From assembly GCA_964016885.1 (NCBI GenBank), contig OZ024744.1, positions 95,294,001 to 95,358,000 of the forward strand: 64,000 nucleotides of DNA. The letters run 5' to 3'. How positions within the stretch are numbered: the stretch's first letter is position 1; the number at the start of each line of letters is the position of its first letter. The notes under the pieces are model-generated. The model was not told where the DNA came from and searched no databases. It was given only the letters and a program-made list of their open reading frames with translations. The translations under genes were made by a program, and so were the position numbers. The DNA is from Eledone cirrhosa (Eukaryota). Positions 1 through 18,000 of this stretch are shown one piece after another.

Positions 1-3000
1 GATTTAGAACTACACAATATTAGATTTAGAACTACACAATATTAGATTTAGAACTAAACTATTAGATTAGGACTACACAATATTAGATTTAGAGCTACAC
101 AATATTAGATTTAGAACTAAACAGTATTAGATTAGAACTACACAATATTAGATTTAGAACTACACAGTATTAGATTTAGAACTACACAGTATTAGATTTA
201 GAATTACACAGTATTAGATTTGAACTACACAGTAATAGATTTAGAACTACACAATATTAGATTTAGAACTACATAGTATTAGATTTAGAACTACATAGTA
301 TTAGATTTAGAACTACACAATATTAGATTTAGAACTAAACTATTAGATTAGAACTACACAATATTAGATTTAGAACTACATAGTATTAGATTTAGAACTA
401 CACAATATTAGATTTAGAACTACACAATATTAGATTTAGAACTACACAATATTAGATTTAGAACTATACAGTATTAGATTTAGAACTACACAGTATTAGA
501 TTTAGAACTACACAGTATTAGATTTAGAACTACACAGTATTAGATTTAGAACTACACAGTATTAGATTTAGAACTACACATTAGATTTAGCACTACACAA
601 TATTATATTTAGAACTACACAGTATTAGATTTAGAACTACACGATATTAGATTTACAACTACACAGTATTAGATTTAGAACTACACAATATTAGATTTAG
701 AACTACACAATATTAGATTTAGAACTACACAGTATTAGATTTAAAACTACACAGCATTAGATTTAGAACTACACAGGTTTAGATTTAGAACTACACAATA
801 TTAGATTTAGAACTACACAGTATTAGATTTACAACTACACAGTATTAGATTTAGAACTACACAATATTAGATTTAGAACTACACAATATTAGATTTAGAA
901 CTAAACCATTAGATTAGGACTACACAATATTAGATTTAGAGCTACACAATATTAGATTTAGAACTAAACAGTATTAGATTAGAACTACACAATATTAGAT
1001 TTAGAACTACACAGTATTAGATTTAGAACTACACAGTATTAGATTTAGTATTACACAGTATTAGATTTGAACTACACAGTAATAGATTTAGAACTACACA
1101 ATATTAGATTTAGAACTACATAGTATTAGGTTTAGAACTACATAGTATTAGATTTAGAACTACACAATATTAGATTTAGAACTACACAATATTAGATTTA
1201 GAACTAAACTATTAGATTAGAACTACACAATATTAGATTTAGAACTACATAGTATTAGATTTAGAACTACACAATATTAGATTTAGAACTACACGATATT
1301 AGATTTAGAACTACACAATATTAGATTTAGAACTATACAGTATTAGATTTAGAACTACACAGTATTAGATTTAGAACTACACAATATTAGATTTAGAACT
1401 ACACAATATTAGATTTAGAACTATACAGTATTAGATTTAGAACTATACAATATTAGACTTAGAACTACACAGTATTAGATTTAGAACTACACAATATTAG
1501 ATTTAGAACTACACAGTATTAGATTTAGAACTACACAATATTAGATTTAGAACTACACAGTATTAGATTTAGAACTACACAGTATTAGATTTAGAACTAC
1601 ACAGTATTAGATTTAGAACTACACAATATTAGATTTAGAACTACACAATATTAGATTTAGAACTACACAATATTAGAGTTAGAACTATACAGTATTAGAT
1701 TTAGAACTACACAGTATTAGATTTAGAACTACACAGTATTAGATTTAGAACTACACAGTATTAGATTTAGAACTACACAGTATTAGATTTAGAACTACAC
1801 AATATTAGACTTAGAACTACACAGTATTAGATTTAGAACTACACAGTATTAGATTTAGAACTACACAATATTAGATTTAGAACTATACAATATTAGACTT
1901 AGAACTACACAGTATTAGATTTAGAAATCCACAATATTAGATTTAGAACTACACAATATTAGATTTAGCACTACACAGTATTAGATTTAGAACTACACAA
2001 TATTAGATTTAGAACTACACAGTATTATATTTAGAACTACACAGTATTAGATTTAGTACTACACAGTATTAGATTTAGAACTACACAATATTAGATTTAG
2101 AACTACACAGTATTAGAGTTAGAACTACACAATATTAGATTTAGAACTACACAGTATTGGATTTAGCACTACACAGTATTAGATTTATAACGACACAGTA
2201 TTAGATTTAGAACTACACAGTAATAGACATAGATCTACACAGTGTTAGATTTATAACTACACAGTATTAGATGTAGAACTACACAGTATTAGATTTAGAA
2301 CTACACAGTATTAGATTTAGAACTACACAGTATTAGATTTAGAACTACACAGTAATAGACTTAGAACTACACAGTATTAGATTTAGAACTACATAGTATT
2401 AGATTTAGAACTACACAGTATTAGATTTAGAACTAAACAGTATTAGATTTAGAACTACACAGTATTAGATTTAGAACTACACAATATTAGATTTAGAACT
2501 ACACAATATTAGATTTAGAATTATACAGTATTAGATTTAGAACTACACAGTATTAGATTTAGAACTACACAATATTAGACTTAGAACTACACAGTATTAG
2601 ATTTAGAACTACACAGTATTAGATTTAGAACTACACAATATTAGATTTAGAACTACACAATATTAGATTTAGAACTACACAATATTAGATTTTGAATTAT
2701 ACAGTATTAGATTTAGAACTACACAGTATTAGATTTAGAACTACACAATATTAGACTTAGAACTACACAGTATTAGATTTAGAACTACACAGTATTAGAT
2801 TTAGAACTACACGATATTAGATTTACAACTACACAGTATTAGATTTAGAACTACACAATATTAGATTTAGAACTACACAATATTAGATTTAGAACTACAC
2901 AGTATTAGATTTAAAACTACACAGCATTAGATTTAGAACTACACAGGTTTAGATTTAGAACTACACAATATTAGATTTAGAACTACACAGTATTAGATTT

Positions 3001-6000
3001 ACAACTACACAGTATTAGATTTAGAACTACACAATATTAGATTTAGAACTACACAATATTAGATTTAGAACTAAACCATTAGATTAGGACTACACAATAT
3101 TAGATTTAGAGCTACACAATATTAGATTTAGAACTAAACAGTATTAGATTAGAACTACACAATATTAGATTTAGAACTACACAGTATTAGATTTAGAACT
3201 ACACAGTATTAGATTTAGTATTACACAGTATTAGATTTGAACTACACAGTAATAGATTTAGAACTACACAATATTAGATTTAGAACTACATAGTATTAGG
3301 TTTAGAACTACATAGTATTAGATTTAGAACTACACAATATTAGATTTAGAACTACACAATATTAGATTTAGAACTAAACTATTAGATTAGAACTACACAA
3401 TATTAGATTTAGAACTACATAGTATTAGATTTAGAACTACACAATATTAGATTTAGAACTACACGATATTAGATTTAGAACTACACAATATTAGATTTAG
3501 AACTATACAGTATTAGATTTAGAACTACACAGTATTAGATTTAGAACTACACAATATTAGATTTAGAACTATACAGTATTAGATTTAGAACTACACAGTA
3601 TTAGATTTAGAACTACACAGTATTAGATTTAGAACTACACAATATTACACTTAGAACTACACAGTATTAGATTTAGAACTACACAGTATTAGATTTAGAA
3701 CTACACAATATTAGATTTAGAACTACACAATATTAGATTTAGAACTACACAATATTAGATTTAGAACTATACAGTATTAGATTTAGAACTATACAATATT
3801 AGACTTAGAACTACACAGTATTAGATTTAGAACTACACAATATTAGATTTAGAACTACACAGTATTAGATTTAGAACTACACAATATTAGATTTAGAACT
3901 ACACAGTATTAGATTTAGAACTACACAGTATTAGATTTAGAACTACACAGTATTAGATTTAGAACTACACAATATTAGATTTAGAACTACACAATATTAG
4001 ATTTAGAACTACACAATATTAGAGTTAGAACTATACAGTATTAGATTTAGAACTACACAGTATTAGATTTAGAACTACACAGTATTAGATTTAGAACTAC
4101 ACAGTATTAGATTTAGAACTACACAGTATTAGATTTAGAACTACACAATATTAGACTTAGAACTACACAGTATTAGATTTAGAACTACACAGTATTAGAT
4201 TTAGAACTACACAATATTAGATTTAGAACTATACAATATTAGACTTAGAACTACACAGTATTAGATTTAGAAATCCACAATATTAGATTTAGAACTACAC
4301 AATATTAGATTTAGCACTACACAGTATTAGATTTAGAACTACACAATATTAGATTTAGAACTACACAGTATTATATTTAGAACTACACAGTATTAGATTT
4401 AGTACTACACAGTATTAGATTTAGAACTACACAATATTAGATTTAGAACTACACAGTATTAGAGTTAGAACTACACAATATTAGATTTAGAACTACACAG
4501 TATTGGATTTAGCACTACACAGTATTAGATTTATAACGACACAGTATTAGATTTAGAACTACACAGTAATAGACATAGATCTACACAGTGTTAGATTTAT
4601 AACTACACAGTATTAGATGTAGAACTACACAGTATTAGATTTAGAATTACACAGTATTAGATTTAGAACTACACAGTATTAGATTTAGAACTACACAGTA
4701 ATAGACTTAGAACTACACAGTATTAGATTTAGAACTACATAGTATTAGATTTAGAACTACACAGTATTAGATTTAGAACTAAACAGTATTAGATTTAGAA
4801 CTACACAGTATTAGATTTAGAACTACACAATATTAGATTTAGAACTACACAATATTAGATTTAGAATTATACAGTATTAGATTTAGAACTACACAGTATT
4901 AGATTTAGAACTACACAATATTAGACTTAGAACTACACAGTATTAGATTTAGAACTACACAGTATTAGATTTAGAACTACACAATATTAGATTTAGAACT
5001 ACACAATATTAGATTTAGAACTACACAATATTAGATTTTGAATTATACAGTATTAGATTTAGAACTACACAGTATTAGATTTAGAACTACACAATATTAG
5101 ACTTAGAACTACACAGTATTAGATTTAGAACTACACAGTATTAGATTTAGAACTACACAATATTAGATTTAGAACTACACAATATTAGATTTAGAACTAC
5201 ACAATATTAGATTTTGAATTATACAGTATTAGATTTAGAACTACACAGTATTAGATTTAGAACTACACAGTATTAGATTTAGAACTACACAATATTATAC
5301 TTAGAACTACACAGTATTAGATTTAGAACTACACAGTATTAGATTTAGAACTACACAATATTAGATTTAGAACTACACAGTATTAGATTTAGAACTACAC
5401 AATATTAGATTTAGAACTACACAATATTAGATTTAGAACTACACAATATTAGATTTAGAACTATACAGTATTAGATTTAGAACTACACAGTATTAGATTT
5501 AGAACTACACAGTATTAGATTTAGAACTACACAATATTAGACTTAGAACTACACAGTATTAGATTTAGAACTACACAATATTAGATTTAGAAATACACAG
5601 TATTAGATTTAGCACTACACAGTATTATATTTAGAACTACACAGTATTAGATTTAGCACTACACAGTATTAGATTTAGAACTCCACAATATTAGACTTAG
5701 AACTACACAGTATTATATTTAGAACTACACAGTATTCGATTTAGTACTACACAGTATTAGATTTAGAACTACACAATATTAGATTTAGAACTACACAGTA
5801 TTAGAGTTAGAACTACACAATATTAGATTTAGAACTACACAGTATTATATTTAGAACTACACAGTATTAGATTTAGTACTACACAGTATTAGATTTAGAA
5901 CTACACAATATTAGATTTAGAACTACACAGTATTAGAGTTAGAACTACACAATATTAGATTTAGAACTACACAGTATTGGATTTAGCACTACACAGTATT

Positions 6001-9000
6001 AGATTTATAACTACACAGTATTAGATTTAGAACTACACAGTAATAGACTTAGAACTACACAGTATTAGATTTAGAACTACACAGTATTAGATTTAGAACT
6101 ACACAATATTAGACTTAGAACTACACAGTATTAGATTTAGAACTACACAGTATTAGATTTAGAACTACACAGTATTAGATTTAGAGCTACACAATATTAG
6201 ATTTAGAACTACACAATATTAGATTTAGAACTACACAGTATTAGATTTAGCACTACACAGTATTATATTTATAACTACACAGTATTAGATTTAGCACTAC
6301 ACAGTATTATATTTAGAACTACACAATATTAGATTTAGAACTACACAGTATTAGAGTTAGAACTACACAATATTAGATTTAGAACTACATAGTATTAGAT
6401 TTAGAACTACACAATATTAGATTTAGAACTACACAATATTAGATTTAGAACTAAACTATTAGATTAGAACTACACAATATTAGATTTAGAGCTACACAAT
6501 ATTAGATTTAGAGCTACACAATATTAGATTTAGAGCTACACAATATTAGATTTAGAACTAAACAGTATTAGATTAGAACTACACAATACTAGATTTAGAA
6601 CTACACAATATTAGATTTAGAACTACACAATATTAGATTTAGAACTATACAGTATTAGATTTAGAACTACACAGTATTAGATTTTGAACTACACAGTATT
6701 AGATTTAGTACTACACAGTAATAGATTTAGAACTACACAGTAATAGATATAGAACTACACAGTATTAAATTTACAACTACACAGTATTAGATTTAGAACT
6801 ACACAATATTAGATTTAGAACTACACAGTATTAGATTTAGAACTACACAGTATTTGATTTAGAACTACACAGCATTAGATTTAGAACTACATATAATTAG
6901 ATTTATAACTACATAGTATTAGATTTAGAACTACACAGTATTAGATTTATAACTACATAGTATTAGATTTAGAACTACACAGTATTAGATTTAGAACTAC
7001 ACAGTATTAGATTTAGAACTACACAGTATTAGATTTAGAACTACACATTAGATTTAGCACTACACAGTATTATATTTAGAACTACACAGTATTAGATTTA
7101 GAACTACACAGTATTAGATTTAGAACTACACAGGTTTAGATTTATAACTACACAATATTAGATTTAGAACTACACAGTATTAGATTTACAACTACACAGT
7201 ATTAGATTTAGAACTACACAATATTAGATTTAGAACTACACAATATTAGATTTAGAACTAAACTATTAGATTAGGACTACACAACATTAGATTTAGAGCT
7301 ACACAATATTAGATTTAGAACTAACCAGTATTAGATTTAGAACTACACAGTATTAGATTTAGAACTACACAGTATTAGATTTAGAACTACACAGTATTAG
7401 ATTTAGAACTACACAGTATTAGATTTAGAACTACACAGTAATAGACTTAGAACTACACAGTATTAGATTTAGAACTACATAGTATTAGATTTAGAACTAC
7501 ACAGTATTAGATTTAGAACTACACAGTATTAGATTTAGAACTACACAGTATTAGATTTAGAACTACACAATATTAGATTTAGAACTACACAGTATTAGAT
7601 TTAGAACTACACAGTATTAGATTTAGAACTACACAGTATTAGATTTAGAACTACACAATATTAGATTTAGAACTACACAATATTAGATTTAGAACTACAC
7701 AATATTAGATTTAGAACTATACAGTATTAGATTTAGAACTACACAGTATTAGATTTAGAATACACAGTATTAGATTTAGAACTACACAATATTAGACTTA
7801 GAACTACACAGTATTATATTTAGAACTACACAGTATTCGATTTAGTACTACACAGTATTAGATTTAGAACTACACAATATTAGACTTAGAACTACACAGT
7901 ATTATATTTAGAACTACACAGTATTCGATTTAGTACTACACAGTATTAGATTTAGAACTACACAATATTAGATTTAGAACTACACAGTATTAGAGTTAGA
8001 ACTACACAATATTAGATTTAGAACTACACAGTATTAGATTTAGAACTACACAGTATTAGATTTAGTACTACACAGTATTAGATTTAGAACTACACAATAT
8101 TAGATTTATAACTACACAGTATTAGAGTTAGAACTACACAATATTAGATTTAGAACTACACAGTATTGGATTTAGCACTACACAGTATCAGATTTATAAC
8201 TACACTGTATTAGATTTAGAACTACACAGTAATAGACTTAGAACTACACAGTATTAGATTTAGAACTACACAGTATTAGATTTAGCACTACACAATATTA
8301 GATTTAGAACTACACAGTATTAGATTTAGAACTAACCAGTATTAGATTTAGAACTACACAGTATTAGATTTAGAACTACACAGTATTAGATTTAGCACTA
8401 CACAGTATTATATTTATAACTACACAGTATTAGATTTAGCACTACACAGTATTATATTTAGAACTACACAGTATTAGATTTAGCACTACACAGTATTAGA
8501 TTTAGAACTACACAATATTAGATTTAGAACTACACAATATTAGATTTAGAACTAAACTATTAGATTAGAACTACACAATATTAGATTTAGAACTACATAG
8601 TATTAGATTTAGAACTACACAATATTAGATTTAGAACTACACGATATTAGATTTAGAACTACACAATATTAGATTTAGAACTATACAGTATTAGATTTAG
8701 AACTACACAGTATTAGATTTAGAACTACACAATATTAGATTTAGAACTATACAGTATTAGAATTAGAACTACACAGTATTAGATTTAGAACTACACAGTA
8801 TTAGATTTAGAACTACACAATATTATACTTAGAACTACACAGTATTAGATTTAGAACTACACAATATTAGATTTAGAAATACACAGTATTAGATTTAGCA
8901 CTACACAGTATTATATTTAGAACTACACAGTATTAGATTTAGCACTACACAGTATTAGATTTAGAACTCCACAATATTAGACTTAGAACTACACAGTATT

Positions 9001-12000
9001 ATATTTAGAACTACACAGTATTCGATTTAGTACTACACAGTATTAGATTTAGAACTACACAATATTAGATTTAGAACTACACAGTATTAGAGTTAGAACT
9101 ACACAATATTAGATTTAGAACTACACAGTATTATATTTAGAACTACACAGTATTAGATTTAGTACTACACAGTATTAGATTTAGAACTACACAATATTAG
9201 ATTTAGAACTACACAATATTAGAGTTAGAACTACACAATATTAGATTTAGAACTACACAGTATTGGATTTAGCACTACACAGTATTAGATTTATAACTAC
9301 ACAGTATTAGATTTAGAACTACACAGTAATAGACTTAGAACTACACAGTATTAGATTTAGAACTACACAGTATTAGATTTAGAACTACACAATATTAGAC
9401 TTAGAACTACACAGTATTAGATTTAGAACTACACAGTATTAGATTTAGAACTACACAGTATTAGATTTAGAGCTACACAATATTAGATTTAGAACTACAC
9501 AATATTAGATTTAGAACTACACAGTATTAGATTTAGCACTACACAGTATTATATTTATAACTACACAGTATTAGATTTAGCACTACACAGTATTATATTT
9601 AGAAGTACACAATATTAGATTTAGAACTACACAGTATTAGAGTTAGAACTACACAATATTAGATTTAGAACTACATAGTATTAGATTTAGAACTACACAA
9701 TATTAGATTTAGAACTACACAATATTAGATTTAGAACTAAACTATTAGATTAGAACTACACAATATTAGATTTAGAGCTACACAATATTAGATTTAGAGC
9801 TACACAATATTAGATTTAGAGCTACACAATATTAGATTTAGAACTAAACAGTATTAGATTAGAACTACACAATACTAGATTTAGAACTACACAATATTAG
9901 ATTTAGAACTACACAATATTAGATTTAGAACTATACAGTATTAGATTTAGAACTACACAGTATTAGATTTTGAACTACACAGTATTAGATTTAGTACTAC
10001 ACAGTAATAGATTTAGAACTACACAGTAATAGATATAGAACTACACAGTATTAAATTTACAACTACACAGTATTAGATTTAGAACTACACAATATTAGAT
10101 TTAGAACTACACAGTATTAGATTTAGAACTACACAGTATTTGATTTAGAACTACACAGCATTAGATTTAGAACTACATATAATTAGATTTATAACTACAT
10201 AGTATTAGATTTAGAACTACACAGTATTAGATTTAGAACTACACAGTATTAGATTTAGAACTACACAGTATTAGATTTAGAACTACACAGTATTAGATTT
10301 AGAACTACACATTAGATTTAGCACTACACAGTATTATATTTAGATTTAGAACTACACAATATTAGATTTAGAACTACACAATATTAGATTTTGAATTATA
10401 CAGTATTAGATTTAGAACTACACAGTATTAGATTTAGAACTACACAGTATTAGATTTAGAACTACACAATATTATACTTAGAACTACACAGTATTAGATT
10501 TAGAACTACACAGTATTAGATTTAGAACTACACAATATTAGATTTAGAACTACACAATATTAGATTTAGAACTACACAATATTAGATTTAGAACTATACA
10601 GTATTAGATTTAGAACTACACAGTATTAGATTTAGAACTACACAGTATTAGATTTAGAACTACACAATATTAGACTTAGAACTACACAGTATTAGATTTA
10701 GAACTACACAATATTAGATTTAGAAATACACAGTATTAGATTTAGCACTACACAGTATTATATTTAGAACTACACAGTATTAGATTTAGCACTACACAGT
10801 ATTAGATTTAGAACTCCACAATATTAGACTTAGAACTACACAGTATTATATTTAGAACTACACAGTATTCGATTTAGTACTACACAGTATTAGATTTAGA
10901 ACTACACAATATTAGATTTAGAACTACACAGTATTAGAGTTAGAACTACACAATATTTGATTTAGAACTACACAGTATTATATTTAGAACTACACAGTAT
11001 TAGATTTAGTACTACACAGTATTAGATTTAGAACTACACAGTATTAGAGTTAGAACTACACAATATTAGATTTAGAACTACACAATATTAGATTTAGAAC
11101 TACACAGTAATAGACTTAGAACTACACAGTATTAGATTTAGAACTACACAGTATTAGATTTAGAACTACACAATATTAGACTTAGAACTACACAGTATTA
11201 GATTTAGAACTACACAGTATTAGATTTAGAACTACACAGTATTAGATTTAGAGCTACACAATATTAGATTTAGAACTACACAATATTAGATTTAGAACTA
11301 CACAGTATTAGATTTAGCACTACACAGTATTATATTTATAACTACACAGTATTAGATTTAGCACTACACAGTATTATATTTAGAACTACACAATATTAGA
11401 TTTAGAACTACACAGTATTAGAGTTAGAACTACACAATATTAGATTTAGAACTACATAGTATTAGATTTAGAACTACACAATATTAGATTTAGAACTACA
11501 CAATATTAGATTTAGAACTAAACTATTAGATTAGAACTACACAATATTAGATTTAGAGCTACACAATATTAGATTTAGAGCTACACAATATTAGATTTAG
11601 AGCTACACAATATTAGATTTAGAACTAAACAGTATTAGATTAGAACTACACAATACTAGATTTAGAACTACACAATATTAGATTTAGAACTACACAATAT
11701 TAGATTTAGAACTATACAGTATTAGATTTAGAACTACACAGTATTAGATTTTGAACTACACAGTATTAGATTTAGTACTACACAGTAATAGATTTAGAAC
11801 TACACAGTAATAGATATAGAACTACACAGTATTAAATTTACAACTACACAGTATTAGATTTAGAACTACACAATATTAGATTTAGAACTACACAGTATTA
11901 GATTTAGAACTACACAGTATTTGATTTAGAACTACACAGCATTAGATTTAGAACTACATATAATTAGATTTATAACTACATAGTATTAGATTTAGAACTA

Positions 12001-15000
12001 CACAGTATTAGATTTAGAACTACACAGTATTAGATTTAGAACTACACAGTATTAGATTTAGAACTACACAGTATTAGATTTAGAACTACACATTAGATTT
12101 AGCACTACACAGTATTATATTTAGAACTACACAGTATTAGATTTAGAGCTACACAGTATTAGATTTAGAACTACACAGCTTTAGATTTAGAACTACACAA
12201 TATTAGATTTAGAACTACACAGTATTAGATTTACAACTACACAGTATTAGATTTAGAACTACACAATACTAGATTTAGAACTACACAATATTAGATTTAG
12301 AACTAAACTATTAGATTAGGACTACACAATATTAGATTTAGAGCTACACAATATTAGATTTAGAACTAAACATTATTAGATTTAGAACTACACAGTATTA
12401 GATTTAGAACTACACAGTATTAGATTTAGAACTACACAGTATTAGATTTAGAACTACACAGTATTAGATTTAGAACTACACAGTAATAGACTTAGAACTA
12501 CACAGTATTAGATTTAGAACTACATAGTATTAGATTTAGAACTACACAGTATTAGATTTAGAACTACACAGTATTAGATTTAGAACTACACAGTATTAGA
12601 TTTAGAACTACACAATATTAGACCTAGAACTACACAGTATTAGATTTATAACTACACAGTATTAGATTTAGAACTACACAATATTAGATTTAGAACTACA
12701 CAGTATTAGATTTAGAACTACACAATATTAGATTTAGAACTACACAGTATTAGATTTAGAACTACACAGTATTAGATTTAGAACTACACAGTATTAGATT
12801 TAAACTACACAACATTAGATTTAGAACTACACAATATTAGATTTAGAACTACACAGTATTAGATTTAGAACTACACAGTATTAGATTTAGAACTACACAA
12901 TATTAGATTTAGAACTACACAATATTAGATTTAGAATTATACAGTATTAGATTTAGAACTACACAGTATTAGATTTAGAACTACACAATATTAGATTCAG
13001 AACTACACAGTATTAGATTTAGAACTACACAGTATTTGATTTAGAACTACACAGCATTAGATTTAGAACTACATAGTATTAGATTTATAACTACATAGTA
13101 TTAGATTTAGAACTACACAGTATTAGATTTAGAACTACACAGTATTAGATTTAGAACTACACAGTATTAGATTTAGAACTACACATTAGATTTAGCACTA
13201 CACAGTATTATATTTAGAACTATACAGTATTAGATTTAGAACTACACAGTATTAGATTTAGAACTACACAATATTAGACTTAGAACTACACAGTATTAGA
13301 TTTAGAACTACACAATATTAGATTTAGAAATACACAGTATTAGATTTAGCACTACACAGTATTATATTTAGAACTACACAGTATTAGATTTAGCACTACA
13401 CAGTATTAGATTTAGAACTCCACAATATTAGACTTAGAACTACACAGTATTATATTTAGAACTACACAGTATTCGATTTAGTACTACACAGTATTAGATT
13501 TAGAACTACACAATATTAGATTTAGAACTACACAGTATTAGAGTTAGAACTACACAATATTTGATTTAGAACTACACAGTATTATATTTAGAACTACACA
13601 GTATTAGATTTAGTACTACACAGTATTAGATTTAGAACTACACAATATTAGATTTAGAACTACACAGTATTAGAGTTAGAACTACACAATATTAGATTTA
13701 GAACTACACAATATTAGATTTAGAACTACACAGTAATAGACTTAGAACTACACAGTATTAGATTTAGAACTACACAGTATTAGATTTAGAACTACACAAT
13801 ATTAGACTTAGAACTACACAGTATTAGATTTAGAACTACACAGTATTAGATTTAGAACTACACAGTATTAGATTTAGAGCTACACAATATTAGATTTAGA
13901 ACTACACAATATTAGATTTAGAACTACACAGTATTAGATTTAGCACTACACAGTATTATATTTATAACTACACAGTATTAGATTTAGCACTACACAGTAT
14001 TATATTTAGAACTACACAATATTAGATTTAGAACTACACAGTATTAGAGTTAGAACTACACAATATTAGATTTAGAACTACATAGTATTAGATTTAGAAC
14101 TACACAATATTAGATTTAGAACTACACAATATTAGATTTAGAACTAAACTATTAGATTAGAACTACACAATATTAGATTTAGAGCTACACAATATTAGAT
14201 TTAGAGCTACACAATATTAGATTTAGAGCTACACAATATTAGATTTAGAACTAAACAGTATTAGATTAGAACTACACAATACTAGATTTAGAACTACACA
14301 ATATTAGATTTAGAACTACACAATATTAGATTTAGAACTATACAGTATTAGATTTAGAACTACACAGTATTAGATTTTGAACTACACAGTATTAGATTTA
14401 GTACTACACAGTAATAGATTTAGAACTACACAGTAATAGATATAGAACTACACAGTATTAAATTTACAACTACACAGTATTAGATTTAGAACTACACAAT
14501 ATTAGATTTAGAACTACACAGTATTAGATTTAGAACTACACAGTATTTGATTTAGAACTACACAGCATTAGATTTAGAACTACATATAATTAGATTTATA
14601 ACTACATAGTATTAGATTTAGAACTACACAGTATTAGATTTAGAACTACACAGTATTAGATTTAGAACTACACAGTATTAGATTTAGAACTACACAGTAT
14701 TAGATTTAGAACTACACATTAGATTTAGCACTACACAGTATTATATTTAGAACTACACAGTATTAGATTTAGAGCTACACAGTATTAGATTTAGAACTAC
14801 ACAGCTTTAGATTTAGAACTACACAATATTAGATTTAGAACTACACAGTATTAGATTTACAACTACACAGTATTAGATTTAGAACTACACAATACTAGAT
14901 TTAGAACTACACAATATTAGATTTAGAACTAAACTATTAGATTAGGACTACACAATATTAGATTTAGAGCTACACAATATTAGATTTAGAACTAAACATT

Positions 15001-18000
15001 ATTAGATTTAGAACTACACAGTATTAGATTTAGAACTACACAGTATTAGATTTAGAACTACACAGTATTAGATTTAGAACTACACAGTATTAGATTCAGA
15101 ACTACACAGTAATAGACTTAGAACTACACAGTATTAGATTTAGAACTACATAGTATTAGATTTAGAACTACACAGTATTAGATTTAGAACTACACAGTAT
15201 TAGATTTAGAACTACACAGTATTAGATTTAGAACTACACAATATTAGATTTAGAACTACACAATATTAGATTTAGAATTATACAGTATTAGATTTAGAAC
15301 TACACAGTATTAGATTTAGAACTACACAGTATTAGATTTAGAACTACACAATATTAGACCTAGAACTACACAGTATTAGATTTATAACTACACAATATTA
15401 GATTTAGAATTATACAGTATTAGATTTAGAACTACACAGTATTAGATTTAGAACTACACAGTATTAGATTTAGAACTACACAATATTAGACCTAGAACTA
15501 CACAGTATTAGATTTATAACTACACAGTATTAGATTTAGAACTACACAATATTAGATTTAGAACTACACAGTATTAGATTTAGAACTACACAATATTAGA
15601 TTTAGAACTACACAGTATTAGATTTAGAACTACACAGTATTAGATTTAAACTACACAACATTAGATTTAGAACTACACAATATTAGATTTAGAACTACAC
15701 AGTATTAGATTTAGAACTACACAATATTAGATTTAGAACTACACAATATTAGATTTAGAATTATACAGTATTAGATTTAGAACTACACAGTATTAGATTT
15801 AGAACTACACAATATTAGATTCAGAACTACACAGTATTAGATTTAGAACTACACAGTATTTGATTTAGAACTACACAGCATTAGATTTAGAACTACATAG
15901 TATTAGATTTAGAACTACACATTAGATTTAGCACTACACAGTATTATATTTAGAACTATACAGTATTAGATTTAGAACTACACAGTATTAGATTTAGAAC
16001 TACACAATATTAGACTTAGAACTACACAGTATTAGATTTAGAACTACACAATATTAGATTTAGAAATACACAGTATTAGATTTAGCACTACACAGTATTA
16101 TATTTAGAACTACACAGTATTAGATTTAGCACTACACAGTATTAGATTTAGAACTCCACAATATTAGACTTAGAACTACACAGTATTATATTTAGAACTA
16201 CACAGTATTCGATTTAGTACTACACAGTATTAGATTTAGAACTACACAATATTAGATTTAGAACTACACAGTATTAGAGTTAGAACTACACAATATTTGA
16301 TTTAGAACTACACAGTATTATATTTAGAACTACACAGTATTAGATTTAGTACTACACAGTATTAGATTTAGAACTACACAATATTAGATTTAGAACTACA
16401 CAGTATTAGAGTTAGAACTACACAATATTAGATTTAGAACTACACAATATTAGATTTAGAACTACACAGTAATAGACTTAGAACTACACAGTATTAGATT
16501 TAGAACTACACAGTATTAGATTTAGAACTACACAATATTAGACTTAGAACTACACAGTATTAGATTTAGAACTACACAGTATTAGATTTAGAACTACACA
16601 GTATTAGATTTAGAGCTACACAATATTAGATTTAGAACTACACAATATTAGATTTAGAACTACACAGTATTAGATTTAGCACTACACAGTATTATATTTA
16701 TAACTACACAGTATTAGATTTAGCACTACACAGTATTATATTTAGAACTACACAATATTAGATTTAGAACTACACAGTATTAGAGTTAGAACTACACAAT
16801 ATTAGATTTAGAACTACATAGTATTAGATTTAGAACTACACAATATTAGATTTAGAACTACACAATATTAGATTTAGAACTAAACTATTAGATTAGAACT
16901 ACACAATATTAGATTTAGAGCTACACAATATTAGATTTAGAGCTACACAATATTAGATTTAGAGCTACACAATATTAGATTTAGAACTAAACAGTATTAG
17001 ATTAGAACTACACAATACTAGATTTAGAACTACACAATATTAGATTTAGAACTACACAATATTAGATTTAGAACTATACAGTATTAGATTTAGAACTACA
17101 CAGTATTAGATTTTGAACTACACAGTATTAGATTTAGTACTACACAGTAATAGATTTAGAACTACACAGTAATAGATATAGAACTACACAGTATTAAATT
17201 TACAACTACACAGTATTAGATTTAGAACTACACAATATTAGATTTAGAACTACACAGTATTAGATTTAGAACTACACAGTATTTGATTTAGAACTACACA
17301 GCATTAGATTTAGAACTACATATAATTAGATTTATAACTACATAGTATTAGATTTAGAACTACACAGTATTAGATTTAGAACTACACAGTATTAGATTTA
17401 GAACTACACAGTATTAGATTTAGAACTACACAGTATTAGATTTAGAACTACACATTAGATTTAGCACTACACAGTATTATATTTAGAACTACACAGTATT
17501 AGATTTAGAGCTACACAGTATTAGATTTAGAACTACACAGCTTTAGATTTAGAACTACACAATATTAGATTTAGAACTACACAGTATTAGATTTACAACT
17601 ACACAGTATTAGATTTAGAACTACACAATACTAGATTTAGAACTACACAATATTAGATTTAGAACTAAACTATTAGATTAGGACTACACAATATTAGATT
17701 TAGAGCTACACAATATTAGATTTAGAACTAAACATTATTAGATTTAGAACTACACAGTATTAGATTTAGAACTACACAGTATTAGATTTAGAACTACACA
17801 GTATTAGATTTAGAACTACACAGTATTAGATTTAGAACTACACAGTAATAGACTTAGAACTACACAGTATTAGATTTAGAACTACATAGTATTAGATTTA
17901 GAACTACACAGTATTAGATTTAGAACTACACAGTATTAGATTTAGAACTACACAGTATTAGATTTAGAACTACACAATATTAGATTTAGAACTACACAAT